From Botryllus schlosseri (Eukaryota), in the NCBI GenBank assembly GCA_051294905.1, contig CM119373.1, positions 22,134,001 to 22,198,000 of the forward strand: a stretch of 64,000 nt of DNA, read 5' to 3'. The notes beneath the pieces were generated by a model, which searched no databases, was not told the origin of the DNA, and was given only the letters and a program-made list of their open reading frames with translations. This document shows, one piece after another, positions 13,003 through 25,380 of the stretch. The number at the start of each line of letters is the position of its first letter. Positions within the stretch are counted from its first letter, which is position 1. The translations under genes and the position numbers were made by a program.

Positions 13003-14796
13003 GTGAATGAATCTTGTTCATAGATTTGTTTTGGACCGATGAAACTACGAATACGTTATAATGTGTTATACCGTTTGTGATCAAAGATGGATATCGAGCT
13101 GAGTTTGGCCTCGTTCAGGTTGAAAGCAATTATGTTTGTCGGACCCGTAAGGAGCAGAGCATCGTAAACGTGAAAAGGTATATTTTATGGATATCCACCG
13201 TGGAATTGGGGTTATATCAGACCAGCAGCACTTTCCGTTCAACATTAAACTTTTACACCCATACAAGGTAGTGTAAATCAACCAACTAGACTAGACCCAA
13301 TGTCATTAAGCTATATCAAAGATGGTCAAAAGTGTCGGCATTGCTACTCAAGTAGGCTCCGACGCGATTTATGGGTTAATCTTTGCCCATGCTTTTGCAG
13401 AGCCTAAGCGAATAAGGGCATTTGCATGGTGTGCTGGAAGGGCATGTGACCGAATTAGCGCATCACTGTATACTGCAGGCCTTTATAAGCAATACACGTT
13501 TGAAATAGAAGTATCGCAATAAATTCCTACGTAATTAAAAGTATAGAAGTAGCAATTTCCAAGACATGTCGAACCACTTGAAGTAGAAGTAGAAAATATA
13601 GATAGGAAAACTACTCAAGTGCAAATTTGAACTTTCCACATCATCAATACTGATGTGACGTGACAATGAGTGATACTTGGGAAGGTACTCGATCTTGCCC
13701 AGCTACGTGACATCGTTTTTATGAGTGTAATTAGCTAACACCAAGTGGTATGGATGGGAAAGCTGATCTGCAAACCAAAATGTGCCGCCGACCTGATTTA
13801 CACCACGCAATGATGAAAATCAGTAAAATTTATATTACCCACTGATTTCATTTATAGAGAGAATCTTACTATTGTATTTTTACAGCTTAATTTAAAGTGA
13901 TACTACAAACCCATTACTGCGGGAATTTATGCTAAAAGAGGCCTATTCCTACGCTGTCGTGTTAGCGCCAGCTTTCCGCACTTATCTATCTACGTTTCGA
14001 TTAGAAATTAAATGGGTGCACTTGGTTACGCTTTTTAATTAGAAATAAAGTGGACAAAGTGTCACGAAACTCACATCACGTCAACGTTGATGTAGCCGGC
14101 ACCGAAATCTAGGTAATGGATGCGCAATTTATTAAAAAAGAACGCTAATAGACAGTGTGGCGTAGTGAAAACAAATGACGCCACGACACCAAAGTTGAGT
14201 AGTGGGATGGAGAAATCATACATTTTGTTTACTTGCCACCAGATCTACTCAAATTTGTCATCGTTAGTACAAGTAGTAGTAACAGTATACCGTCGCAAAT
14301 TTATACTCAAGTTGCAGAAGAAGCCTTCTTCAAGTACCTAAAACAATAAGTACTCCAGGCAGTATTCTAGTTCTGCCTAAAACATACAACTGTTAAATAG
14401 AAGTAGAAGTAGTGTACAATCATATCAACTTGATTAAGTTGTGCAATTAGGCAAAGCCTACTTGAGCACTCCGGAATAGTAGAATCCATCGTTACTGAAC
14501 TCCTCGGATGGCCAGGCAACGGCTCGTAACTTTCTGATTGCTTACTTCGTATCTAATATCAACAAGTAGGACGCTCTATCCAACTGGTCGGCAATCTGTG
14601 GTCCGGGAGGAGTTAGTTCCTATTTATGTATAAGTTTCAAATTTGCATAGTGGTCAGGATCACTGTCCAACATTTAAAAAAATCAAGGCAATACCGTTTG
14701 CGGAAACATGTGTGTCACTGTCTTGGATATACTCGTAGCACCACAAAGTAACTTGATAGAAGGGATCGGTAACATTTAGCTCGCAAGCCACATAGG

Positions 14797-16481
14797 CAGA
14801 GTTGCCATCGACATGAACGCAAAAATAAGGACTGTCGAAAAATTAGATTGGCATTGAAAAGCGTTTTTGTACATACGTTGTATTTATACGAGCCGTGGCA
14901 TATCACATTCCATACATTTCGCCAAAAACAATCTGATCCAGCAGCTCCTCGTTATTATAAAGTGCTTCATGGATCTCACGACAGCTCAGGTCTAGGTTTA
15001 CCTTTACTCAAGGCCGAAACAGCTCTTCGCCAAAAAAAACTTGGTCTTGGGACCCCATAGGGTAATAAACCAAACTTTTTCACCTCGTTATGATTAGAGG
15101 CGTCAACCAAGAGGGAAAAACGTTCTACACTAAGTTGAGACTAAATCATTTTGAGCGTGATGAGCAAGAACTCCAGCAGCAATGCTTGTACCCTTAGTCC
15201 TGGCCGAAGCACACTTCTTTGCGATGTTGGAATCGGGGAATATTTCTCTGAACACTTGCGATGTTCAATCGTTGGTGAGGAATGATTGCTGGTGTTTGCC
15301 GTATGGAATGCCTATAGGTACTCTCATCAGCAGCTGCCTTGTAGTCTGTGGTCGTTGGCTCTGATCGAAGTGTGAAAAAATTATTCATCGACTGGTTTCA
15401 TACGTTTGAATTCTCTCTCATAATCGTCACGGAAAAAGTTTTTACGCTTGCTCATTTCAACTAAGCCGATTTAGCCGTATTAGTAGCTAAAACTATATGT
15501 ACAATATAATTTATATGAATTTAATAATGATTCATAGCTTTACTACTTTTAATTTATATGAATTTATTAATGATTCATATAGCTTTACTACTTTTGAACA
15601 GAAGTGTCGACTGCGCCGCAGCCTCTTTCTGTACCCAATAATGCTGCCTTTCCCACATCTTATTCTGCAGTAGACTAAACAGCAGAGACCTGGTACTGCT
15701 GTTTACTGCGCTAATGACTTCCGCTGCGATAGCTTGGTACAGTCGAGACTGCTATACCACTCACTGCCCTAGCTATCTCACAGAGATGAGCGGATTTGAA
15801 ATTTCTATGTCCTAATCCAATCCAAATCCGAACCTTCAAATCCAAATCCTAATCCATAACTTTTTAATATTCAAGTCCATGTCCAATCCTAATCCGATTC
15901 CAACTGGAAATTCAGAAAAATACCAATTTGTGCAATGGAGGGATTCGTAAATTTTCTTTCACAGCCAACGATTCACTTGATTCAAGATAACTTAGTAACC
16001 ATAAGTACATTAAGAACTGATCTAAATAAAGTTTGTCGCTATTCGCCACACGACATTTCAATCTCGCAGAAAATAGGTAAATCCAATCCAAATCCGTTCT
16101 GAAAAAAATGTCTAATCCAAATCCAATCCAAACCCGGCAAAATTTCACAAATCCTGTTTTTTTCAAAACCTAATCCTAATCCATGCTTATCTTCGCTATC
16201 TCACCACTTCAAAGTCAAATCATCTGGTGTGTACGCCACTGGAGTTCCTTTCATTTATGATGTCATAAGATATCGACGCAAAAGTATAATTTTAGAATAA
16301 TATGCAACACAGATACCAGAGGGAAACGATCGAAGTTTTGTAGTTGTTGAAAATAAGACAAAATAAGGACGCAAGTCGAAAATAAGGACATTTCTTTGAA
16401 ATAAGGACAGTTGAATTTTCTAAGACGTAGCCCTTCAAAATAAGGACAAATCTTAGAAATAAGGACGGTATGGCAACCCTG
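14797..16481 (-). mobile_element. Internally deleted hAT (Blackjack-like) element, inverted sister of 17353-18743
   Basis: TIRs CAGAGTTGCCATC / TATGGCAACCCTG; TSD CACATAGG (14789-14796, 16482-16489); minus-strand transposase remnant (PTTTDYKAAA...). Confidence 0.9.
15781..16195. mobile_element. Nested MITE with AATCC subterminal repeats
   Basis: Absent from the sister copy; flanked by duplicated CTATCTCA (15773-15780, 16196-16203); degenerate TIR CAGAGATGAGCGGATT. Confidence 0.75.
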
Positions 16482-17352
16482 CACATAGGTCTCTTTTGAC
16501 GGTGAATTATGTTTCTCAGAGAACTAGCAGTGGGCAATTATCAAGTAGTACGATTATCCATAGTATTAATATTATCTTCCTTATTCACAGTAAAAATCGA
16601 CGGTAGCCTAGATATACACATAATCCGCGGAGCAACCTGCCCTCTATTGAAAATTGAAATATTGAAATAAGAGAGAACAGTAATCAAACAATTAGGAATA
16701 AAATCAGACAATTAGAATGATTAGACAGCGAAATAGAAATGATGGACAGTTGAATTGGAAACTGATTCCTCTAAAAACATCATCAAATAGAGAACAGCAA
16801 ATAACATGTGCAATCGCAAACAACTATCGGCACAATGTTTATTTGGCCTCAGCATATTTCATCAGATTGCTGTTACAAATATGAAAAAAGTGGCACTTTC
16901 AATGAAACGTGATCTTCTTTGTGATTTTTCAAGATAACCATTCATTCGCGGTGTCGTGACCGGCTAGCGCTTGATGACGGAGCCATGGCGGTTTGCCTAT
17001 GATAGCCTCTACATGACCACAATAATAGAATTTCGAACTGTTGGGTATTTAGTCGAAATTGGAGTTGTGATAGTCAAGTCCCGGCATGAACTGATCGCGA
17101 CACCACTAACGTCTGACTGGAATAACGTAAATATTCTGGGTGTCAAATCAGTCACACTAGTTTTAAACACATAAAACGTGGTGAACACGACGAGTCCCAT
17201 GTGCCGAATTGCGATTTGATACCACCATGACGTCACGCATCATCAATGGAGGCGTCATAACCGATTGATATGGTGATATGGCTCATCAGTTGAACATATA
17301 GGGCTAATATGACACTTTTAACGGATGAGGCTCCCGATCCCTGCCTTATAGT

Positions 17353-18743
17353 CAGGGTTGCCATACCGTCCTTATTTCTAAGATTTGTCCTTATTTTGAA
17401 GGGTCACGTCTTAGAAAACTCGACTGTCCTTATTTCTAAGAAATGTCCTTATTTTCGACTTGCGTCCTTATTTTGTCTTATTTTCAACCACTACAGAACT
17501 TCGATCGTTTCCTCTGGTATCTGTGTCGCATAATATTGTAAAATTATACTTTTTCGCCGAGATTTTATGACATCATAAATGAAAGGAACTCTCGTGACGT
17601 ACACACCATAAGATTTGACTTCTAAGTGGTGAGATAGCTATGGCAGTGAGTGGTGGTACAGCAGTTTCGGCTGTACCAAGCTGCCGCAGCGGACTTAATT
17701 TTAACAGTAAACAGCAATGCCAGGTTACTGCTGTTCGGTCTACAGCAGAATAAGCTCAAGCTGTGGGGAAAGCAGCGTTTATTTCGTAGTGAAAAAAGGC
17801 GCAATGCCGTCGACACATTGGTTAAAAAGTAGTAAAGCTATAAATCATTGATAAATTTCTCGAAATTATATTGCAGTTGCGCATATAGTTTTAGCTACAA
17901 ATAAGGCTAAATCTGATTAGTTGCAGTAAACAGGCGTAAAAACGTTTTTCGTGACGATTATGAGAGAGAATTCGAAGGTATCTAACGAAGATTGAAGGCA
18001 GAGTGTTTACCACATAGCAATATCTGCAATTGTGACATTAACCTGGAGGCCTGGAGGCCTGGAGGCCTTCAACTTACATTGATACCGCGAAACACAAGAA
18101 GTGTGTCATGATGATTAATTTGAGCCAGTCGATGAATAATTTTTCAGCACCAACGACCTCAGACTACAAGGCAGCTGCTGCAGAGGGTACCTGGGCATTC
18201 CATAATGTCAAACACCAGCAATCATTCCTCACTAACGATTGCACATCGCAATTGTTCAGAGAAATATTCCCAGATTCCAAAATTGCAAATAAGTTTTCTT
18301 CGTCCAGGACCAAGACTACAAGTATTGTTACTGGAGTTTTTGCTCCATACGCTCAAAATGGTTTTTTCTAGACTTGGTGAACGGCCTTTTTCGATATTGG
18401 TTGACGCTTCTAACGAGATGAAGAAGTTTGGTTTATCACCCAGAGGTGGGGTGGGGTGTAGGGGCAAGACTAACGTTTTTTTTGGGGGGGGGGGGGGGGG
18501 GGGGGGCTGACGAAGTGCTGTTTCGGCCCTAAGTAAAGGTAAACCTAGAACTGAGCTGTCGCGAGATCCATGAAGCACTTTCAAATAACAGGGAGTTGCT
18601 GGATCAGATTGTTTCTGGTGAAAAGTATGGAATGTGATATGCCACGGCTCGTATAAATACAAAGTATGTACAAAAACGCTTTCTCATGCTAATTTAATTT
18701 TTCGACTGTCCTTATTTTTGAGCCCATGTCGATGGCAACCCTG
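17353..18743 (+). mobile_element. Internally deleted hAT (Blackjack-like) element with transposase remnants
   Basis: TIRs CAGGGTTGCCATA / ATGGCAACCCTG; TSD CTTATAGT (17345-17352, 18744-18751). Remnant peptides AAEGTWAFHNVKHQQSF...IFPDSKIANKFSSSRTKTTSIVTGVFAPY and RPFSILVDASNEMK are typical of hAT transposases. Confidence 0.92.
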
Positions 18744-19054
18744 CTTATAGTGCTTGGGCTGCAGAAAATTTTCTATGTCGAACATTCGTTGGTATTTATT
18801 CACTGTCAAATATTTCTTCTTTGCAGGGTGGTATTTGTCTAGACGGGGTCAGATTACCATGGCAGCAACATTTGGCGCCAGCCATTTAGGCGCATATAGA
18901 CAATGAAATATAAACGTATTGTATATATTATATATAGATATATATCAATGTTTTTGGTCAGCATAAGGGTGGTTCTTTTCGGCCAAGGTTCTCTCGCTGC
19001 CGATCGGTCTGGCACATTTCTCAGAGTCGCAGGATGCGTGGCCTAAAACTTCTT

Positions 19055-19076
19055 ATGTCTGGAGCGTCGTGTCGTG
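19055..19076 (+). CDS. Probable first coding exon of uncharacterised gene (MSGASCR/G; an in-frame ATG at 19034 is also possible)
   Basis: Donor G|GTAATG at 19077 in phase 1, matching exon 2; a homologous donor and flank occur at positions 45-90 upstream of the pseudogene. Confidence 0.5.
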
Positions 19077-19419
19077 GTAATGGTCGACGCCGAAGTGCCT
19101 ATTTCTATGAATCATGCGTATTTTATCTTGGGGAATGGGAACCAAATTATCAAGATATTTAGAAACATTAAATCGAGCAACGCATGAAAAAAATCAATAA
19201 AGATGCATAAATTTTCAAAAAAAACATTATAATTTATGCTCATTCACGAAATAATCTTGGGCCCTCTTCGAGCTCGCCCTCTAACCAATTGGCGGGTTTG
19301 GGGTGTAGCAGTTACGGTCCTGCATATATGGTAATGTTGCAAATGGAATTACTTGTTGAGCTTTTGGCAACTTCGATCAACGCTATTGATTTGTATTCTA
19401 ATCACGGCTCTTACTGCAG

Positions 19420-20476
19420 GTGTCGCCATAAGATACGGTGGATGCTTCTCGCGAAAGCTGCAAAACATGATGTCTTGTTCACCTCGCAAGTCCCACGCCG
19501 CGGAAAACCAAGAGATGGGAGAAGATTATGTTCTCTTACGTAGTACGATTTTCGAAATTGCAGAGGATTTCAGATCGAAGCTGGTCAGACATTCGGCCAC
19601 AGCTTTCGCAACAAGTCAGAACTACCATCCTATAGATTTCATTGCCGAAGACAACAGCATCGGTGAATTATGCTGTGGAATTCTGAACTTTCTCGGTTTA
19701 ATCGGGTTTGACAAGCAAGAAATTGAAATACCATTTCGAGATTACGTCAGGGCCTTGTCATTGGGTCGTAGCTCACGCGAAGCCGCATTGGTCAAGCTGC
19801 TTGAAATAATGAGGACGGACAACGATGCCACGATAAGTCTATCAAATTCGCTACTGACACGAGCAAGCCGTGACTACCAGAGGGACGAATTGCCTTTGAA
19901 TGTGCCCTATCCAGTTAAATTCATCACTGGCTTGATATACCCAGTTGTTAACTATCTGAGTTCAAACGCTGACGAACTGTTTGAAACTGTGTCGGAACAT
20001 ATCAAATCGAAGGACAGTGCACTGTCTCGGAATGGCTGTCACGCCACGTTGAGGTATCTAGCGGCTGTACAGTTAGTGGCATCCGGTGTGCATCTCGGTG
20101 ATGTCGCTAGTACGCATGATATAATCTATAATATAAGCAGTGAGGTGTCGAGAGCTTGCTTGGAAGCGTATTTTGAAGATACTGAAGTCGAATTTATGAA
20201 TTTTGTCATTGATAGGACACGTGATATTCATCGTGAATTTGAAAAATGCTACGGCCGGTCAGACGGCGACAACTTCTGCTCAAAGGAATATCTTCTATCA
20301 ATGATGGCAATTCCGATAGGATTTCATTTTCCATGTTATTCAGATATACCGCCAATACCTGAAGTGCTACTATACCCGGGGCTCTATCAAGACTGGTGTC
20401 GGAAGCACAAATGGAAAAAATCATTCCGCGAAGAATTTAATCCCGTTAAACACGTCCTCGAGTCATTCCCAAACAA
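19420..20476 (+). CDS. Main exon of an uncharacterised protein (spliced product about 405 aa)
   Basis: 1057-nt open exon; acceptor TTACTGCAG| at 19419; donor AA|GTGAGC at 20477; paralog at 2903-5139 has the same boundaries. Confidence 0.85.
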
Positions 20477-20723
20477 GTGAGCGTTAGTAAATTGTCTAAA
20501 ATTGGGTTTATATGAGTAAAGAGATCACAGGTTAGGGTTGCGAGAAATATAAAACTGTGTAATAGTTTGCATAATTTCTTCGTAAGCCATGTAGCTAGGG
20601 GCATGCCTAATCAATTATAGCGTATATCTTATGTTCTGGTATCTAGAATCTAGCGATACTGCATAGCATATTACTATCCAAACATTCCTCGAATAATCTA
20701 CCTCCCTCATTCACATTTAACAG

Positions 20724-20862
20724 ATCGTGTCGCGAATACGTGTGTCACTGTATGCTCTGCAATTCGCACGGTGCTCTTGCTAATTATCACGACGGTCAAG
20801 TAATGAGCGACCTGGAGAAGATCAGCGACCACGAAGACATGTTGCCAAAGTCGGAACTTTGA
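20724..20862 (+). CDS. Terminal Cys/His-rich exon of the uncharacterised gene (SCREYVCHCMLCNSHG...KSEL*)
   Basis: Acceptor TTAACAG|; phase 2 fits; paralogous exon 5237-5357 (SCQEYVCHSEYCNSHG...KLEL*) conserves frame, acceptor and stop. Confidence 0.85.
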
Positions 20863-21781
20863 ATGGATACAGTTGAAGATTTGACGCTTAGCGTGTATAT
20901 CAAATATATAAACCGGGCATCGTATAGGATTGCATCATAGCTACATCCCTGTACCAATCGTATGAGTAGGCCTATATGTAGGCCCCCATAAAGCAACTGG
21001 TACTTACTCGAGTATATTCTTCTCTCATTGAACTATGTCTGCAACATCGCGTCATACTCTCTATTGATGATTTATAAAAAACGGAATACAATCAGCACTG
21101 ATAGACCCAGTCACCAATATAATTATGCAGTAGAGGGCTTGATGCCACCTGTCAAGGGAACAGCGTAATGACAGAGTCCGGCTTATTCGGGCTTGAACAG
21201 GTTACCGTCTGTAGTCATATACTACCGCCAATAAAACTATGTAATTATGTCTGTATTATCCCTAAAAGAAAATAACTACTTATCCGTAGGTTACTTTCTA
21301 CACAGGGTTACAAATACATCTCAATCAGAAAGTCAGTAATTTTGCGTCAGAAATATATATATAAAATCACCGGGATCGTACGGGCTGCTAACGACAACGA
21401 TCCGCTATACTTGGTTAATGTAGACATGTTACAAACCACGAGGAAGACACCGTAAATATATTGCTATAATGCACATCATTTTTACGTCATCAAATATAAT
21501 TTATACAGTGCTTCACATACTAGAGCTTTTACCCTATATTCATTCGAAAATAACAGCAGAATAACAAAGATAAAAGACGAGATCTACTTTACAAATTACA
21601 CCCCGCAAAGAGAGGCAAAATACCCGAAACTATCATCAAAATAGCAGACGGCAGCACGGCGGCACCGCTGTCACCGTCACCACCGTTGTCAGCACCGAGG
21701 TAGGAGCTCTTCGTTTGATTCGAAGTCCTGCGATGAGAGTATGTTAAAAACGTGTAGGTAGGCTATATATATGAAAGGAGT

Positions 21782-21910
<129 letters not shown>

Positions 21911-22788
21911 CTATACAGTAGATGCGAAGAGCGTTGGTTGGCATAGTTCGAAGGGATTAATCACAAACTAATGTGTGTTTTAATGTTTTAATGTTCACTA
22001 GGCTGGGTCAGCGTCTCGTGAGAACGCAGATGGGCTTTCGAGTCCGCGGTCGAACTGCCCCGTATATTCGTATTTCCGAATTGCTTCGTTTGACTGTTGA
22101 GTGTTAATACAACGGTTTAGGAATATTTCAACTGTTCGTAGGCTAATCGTGAAAGATCAGATTTGACCACGTTGGGGTTTGGGTTAACGTTGAGAGGTAG
22201 GCCTACCTATATCATCACGCAAATTGTCGACGCGATCATATTTGTACTTTTTAGACGTACTCAAGTAGGTTCTGTCTATATATGCACTACGTGCTCAAGG
22301 AGTTCTCTTTCCAGACTACTTCCTCTTCCTCTTGAGCAATTTTTCACGCAACATCACTTCATTTGTTCACGTCGTCTTTTTTGAAGTAACAAGGAATTTT
22401 AGGATTAGATTGTATCACTGTTGGCGGTAAAAGTACCATATCAATGGTGCCAAATAGAGCGTGTATCAGTTATGCAGAACCTATTCTCGATAATTCGTCT
22501 AAGAGAGGCGTCAACTGTTATTTGGCGTACTCGGGAAGAGACATCTTGCAGTTGCGAAAATACCTAATTTTCGATTTACAACAGAATGTATGGTGAAATT
22601 CCACCAAATCTATCAAAACGATGTGCTTGAGTACTTTACGCGCCTTTCATTTTGTATATCTATTTGAAATAGCTTTGGAATGTCTCGGTAATCACCACTT
22701 GTAGCCTACTTGTAAATGAGTACAAATCTACTGAGTTGCTTCTGCATCTACTCGGAGATCAATACTGACTACTTTGACAACCTCTGTT

Positions 22789-23698
22789 CAGGGCTGGTGT
22801 GAACGTGAGGTTCACGTTCGCGTTCTGTATGTGAACCTCGGAAATTTGGAGGTTCAGGTTCACAAACGAACCTTGGTAGGTTCTGCACTGTGAACCTTAT
22901 TCACGTATTACAATATTCACGTCATTAAAACGTGTGTTCGGTTGATTTTTTTTAGCGTAGGAACACTCTCCGCAAGCGCTGCCAGCATAAAAAGAAACTC
23001 AGCACTAAACGAGCATGCACCTTGCTAATTTCAAATTATTGGCTACAAAGTTCGCTCGGAATATTCAGCTTCCCGTTTGATAATCTTTGGTGACTCTCTG
23101 GTGTGAGCTTTGCCCGCAATCACACAATAGCAACAACGAAACACACTACATGTAGGAAGTCAGGAATTGTGCTTAGTCTACCAATAGATTACATTACATT
23201 TACATCAACGAATTTGATATATAGTGGTTGCATCGATGTCTAATGTAAAAAATATATCAGACGTACGGAATATATCTTGATTTGATATCCTCATTGGATA
23301 CCGGATTAGGGTGTTAGCTACTGTTGACCTTGATTTTGAGGTAATATCTTTGGCAAGTATAGAAACCGGTGTCTCAATCGTAAGAATACATGTGTCCGGT
23401 CTAGCCAAGTCCTCGTTGAAATTGTCGAAAAATCGACGGAAAATATTGATTTTGTGGATTTATTATATTATTTGAATGTTTAACTGGATACATTAGGTGA
23501 CGTTAAGAAAAGTATTGTGGCATATATTGACCCGAATCGTGGCTGGTTATCTTGTACAATAATATATAACTTTACGGGAATATAGGGTGGGAATTAGGAA
23601 TATGACGTCACAATTTCATGTTCGTGTTCACACAGAACCTTTGAAAAAGGTTCACGTTCACACGAACCAGAACCTTTCAGGGGTTCACACCATCTCTT
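22789..23698 (+). mobile_element. Older copy of the TAGGGATGGTGTGAAC MITE family (cathepsin intron 6)
   Basis: Left end CAGGGCTGGTGTGAACGTGAGG, right end GGTTCACACCATCTCT; internal similarity to 54827-56059; TSD no longer recognisable. Confidence 0.75.
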
Positions 23699-23789
23699 TG
23701 CATATTGATCTCTCTGACAATGAGCAGGGCCGTCTTTACACATCAAATAGGACGATGCCATTATCAGATATCGGCAGAAATTTTCTCAC

Positions 23790-23910
23790 CTATTCTTCAC
23801 CATCCAGTATGCCTGACTGTTCGAATCAGAGCCATAGCCCGTCGCCAGCATAGCGTGATAGCCTTCGCCATCTAGATTAGGATCTTCGCACTTTGGCTCG
23901 TAATAAACTC
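23790..23910 (-). CDS. CTSL: Cathepsin L-like exon 6 (GVYYEPKC...YHAMLATGYG...YWMVKNS), catalytic His and Asn
   Basis: HxxLxxGYG and WxVKN motifs; acceptor TTTTGAAG, donor GTGAGA. Confidence 0.95.
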
Positions 23911-24217
23911 CTTCAAAACAACGCAGCACGTTGATTTCAATATAGCCTAGAGATGGAACTAAACTGGATAAATAGATAGTTGATCTGGAAATTGGGAATT
24001 TGGAAATTGGAAATTTGCTTCTGACTGGCATATGGTGTAGGTCTTGGTGAAGATTGATATTGCAATATCGAATGTAACCACATTCGATTAGCTGCGGAAT
24101 CTAACCGCACCCGCTTGTTGCACATACACCCCTACACTAAAGAATCCCAACGGTTTCTGACGGTCTTTTCAAGAGAAAATGTCGGACAAATCTTATCACG
24201 ATTTCCAACCAGTTTGT

Positions 24218-24465
24218 GTTATTATATTCTTTATTCACAGTAAGAAACTGGTCAATACACATATAATCCGGGGAGCAACCTGCACCCAAAGGAAAATGGC
24301 GAGATTGGAGTAAATTTTTTAAAATTTCAGTAATACAGTCAAATTGTTATTCCTATGCAATACATAAAGTCTTAGTCAGATTACGGAATTGCAGTAGATG
24401 AAGAATTGGCAAGGGTTACAGAGCAGAGGTAGAGATGATTGAAAATGAAGAATCGAAATTTTTGA
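24218..24465 (-). repeat. 3'-UTR-only copy of the R4-like retrotransposon
   Basis: Near-identical to 24480-24720 and 25381-25590. Confidence 0.85.
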
Positions 24466-24479
24466 ATTATTGAATTATT

Positions 24480-25380
24480 ATTATCAATATATTCTTTATT
24501 CACAGTAAAACTGGTAGATACACACATAATCCGGGGAGAAACCTGCCCCCAAAGGAAAACGGCGAGATTGGAGTAAATTTTTAAAATTTCAGTAATACAT
24601 TCAAATTGTTATTCCTATGCAATACACGGAGAAGTCAGATTACAGAATTGCAGCAGATGAAGAATTGGCAAGGGTTACAGAGCAGAGGAGAGATGATTGA
24701 AGATGGAGAATCGAAATTACAGAAATTATGCTGTGATTCACAAATGTAATTTTAGTCCAGTGGTGCATTCAAGGCCTTCCGAAGAATGTGCACATTGCCC
24801 AATAATGTGATCTTTTGGATCATGTCGAATCGAACGTTACCCGGAATTTGTTGGATATGTCTCATGAGTTTTTTGCTTACGACCCCTGTAGCGCCAATGA
24901 CTATCGGTAAAATGTTTATTTTGCATCGCCACATTTTCTCACATTCCATTTTGAGGTCTGCGTATTTGCAGTGTTTTTCTGATTCTTTTTGCAGTAGGTT
25001 GTGATCAGCTGGGACAGCCAGTTCAATGAATAAGCATTCTTTTCTCTTTTTTAGTTTGACGATTATATCCGGGCGGTTGCTTCTGATTTCGCGGTCAGTT
25101 ATAACTGGTACATCCTACAGAATTTTTACTTGTTCGTTTTCTGTCACTGGTGCTGGGCTGTAATCGTACCAATTTTTTGTGGTGATGTTAAAATGTTTGC
25201 ATAATTCAAGATGAATGTAGTGACCAATCCTATTGTGTCTCCATGTTTATTCGGTAGCTGCAAGTGCACCACAGCCGGACATGAGATGTGCTACAGTTTC
25301 ATTTTGGTTGTGGCACATTCTGCATTTGCCGTCCGTGTTTTGCTTCAGAAGTCTTTTGCGATAGTATTTTGTAGGAAGCG
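24480..25380 (-). mobile_element. 5'-truncated R4/Dong-like (RLE-clade) non-LTR retrotransposon
   Basis: Minus strand gives a Zn-knuckle remnant (AHLMSGCGALA), the RLE motif NRPDIIV...IELAVPADHN and the C-terminus MWRCKINILPIVIGATG...IQKITLLGNVHILRKAL; stop at 24752; about 270-bp 3' UTR. Confidence 0.85.

Noticed and set aside
13322-13522. ORF or exon after TTTTGCAG (13390) as exon 2 of the LU-like gene
   Set aside because: It is phase-compatible but lacks the CC...CN pattern and any GPI-like tail; unsupported without RNA data.
18484-18506. 23-nt poly-G tract (G-quadruplex candidate; source of the poly-Gly and poly-Pro ORFs)
   Set aside because: It lies inside a decayed transposon, is absent from the sister copy, and homopolymers are error-prone; no functional evidence.
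19353-19419. Apparent signal peptide (LLSFWQLRSTLLICILITALTA) at the start of the 375-aa ORF
   Set aside because: It starts at TTG with an in-frame TAA just upstream and no ATG, ends exactly at a strong acceptor (TTACTGCAG), and is not conserved in the paralog; it is best read as intron sequence.
19435-19455. GGCFS resembling an N-myristoylation/palmitoylation start (MGxCxS)
   Set aside because: The preceding codon is TAC (Tyr) in both paralogs, not ATG, so there is no N-terminal Gly.
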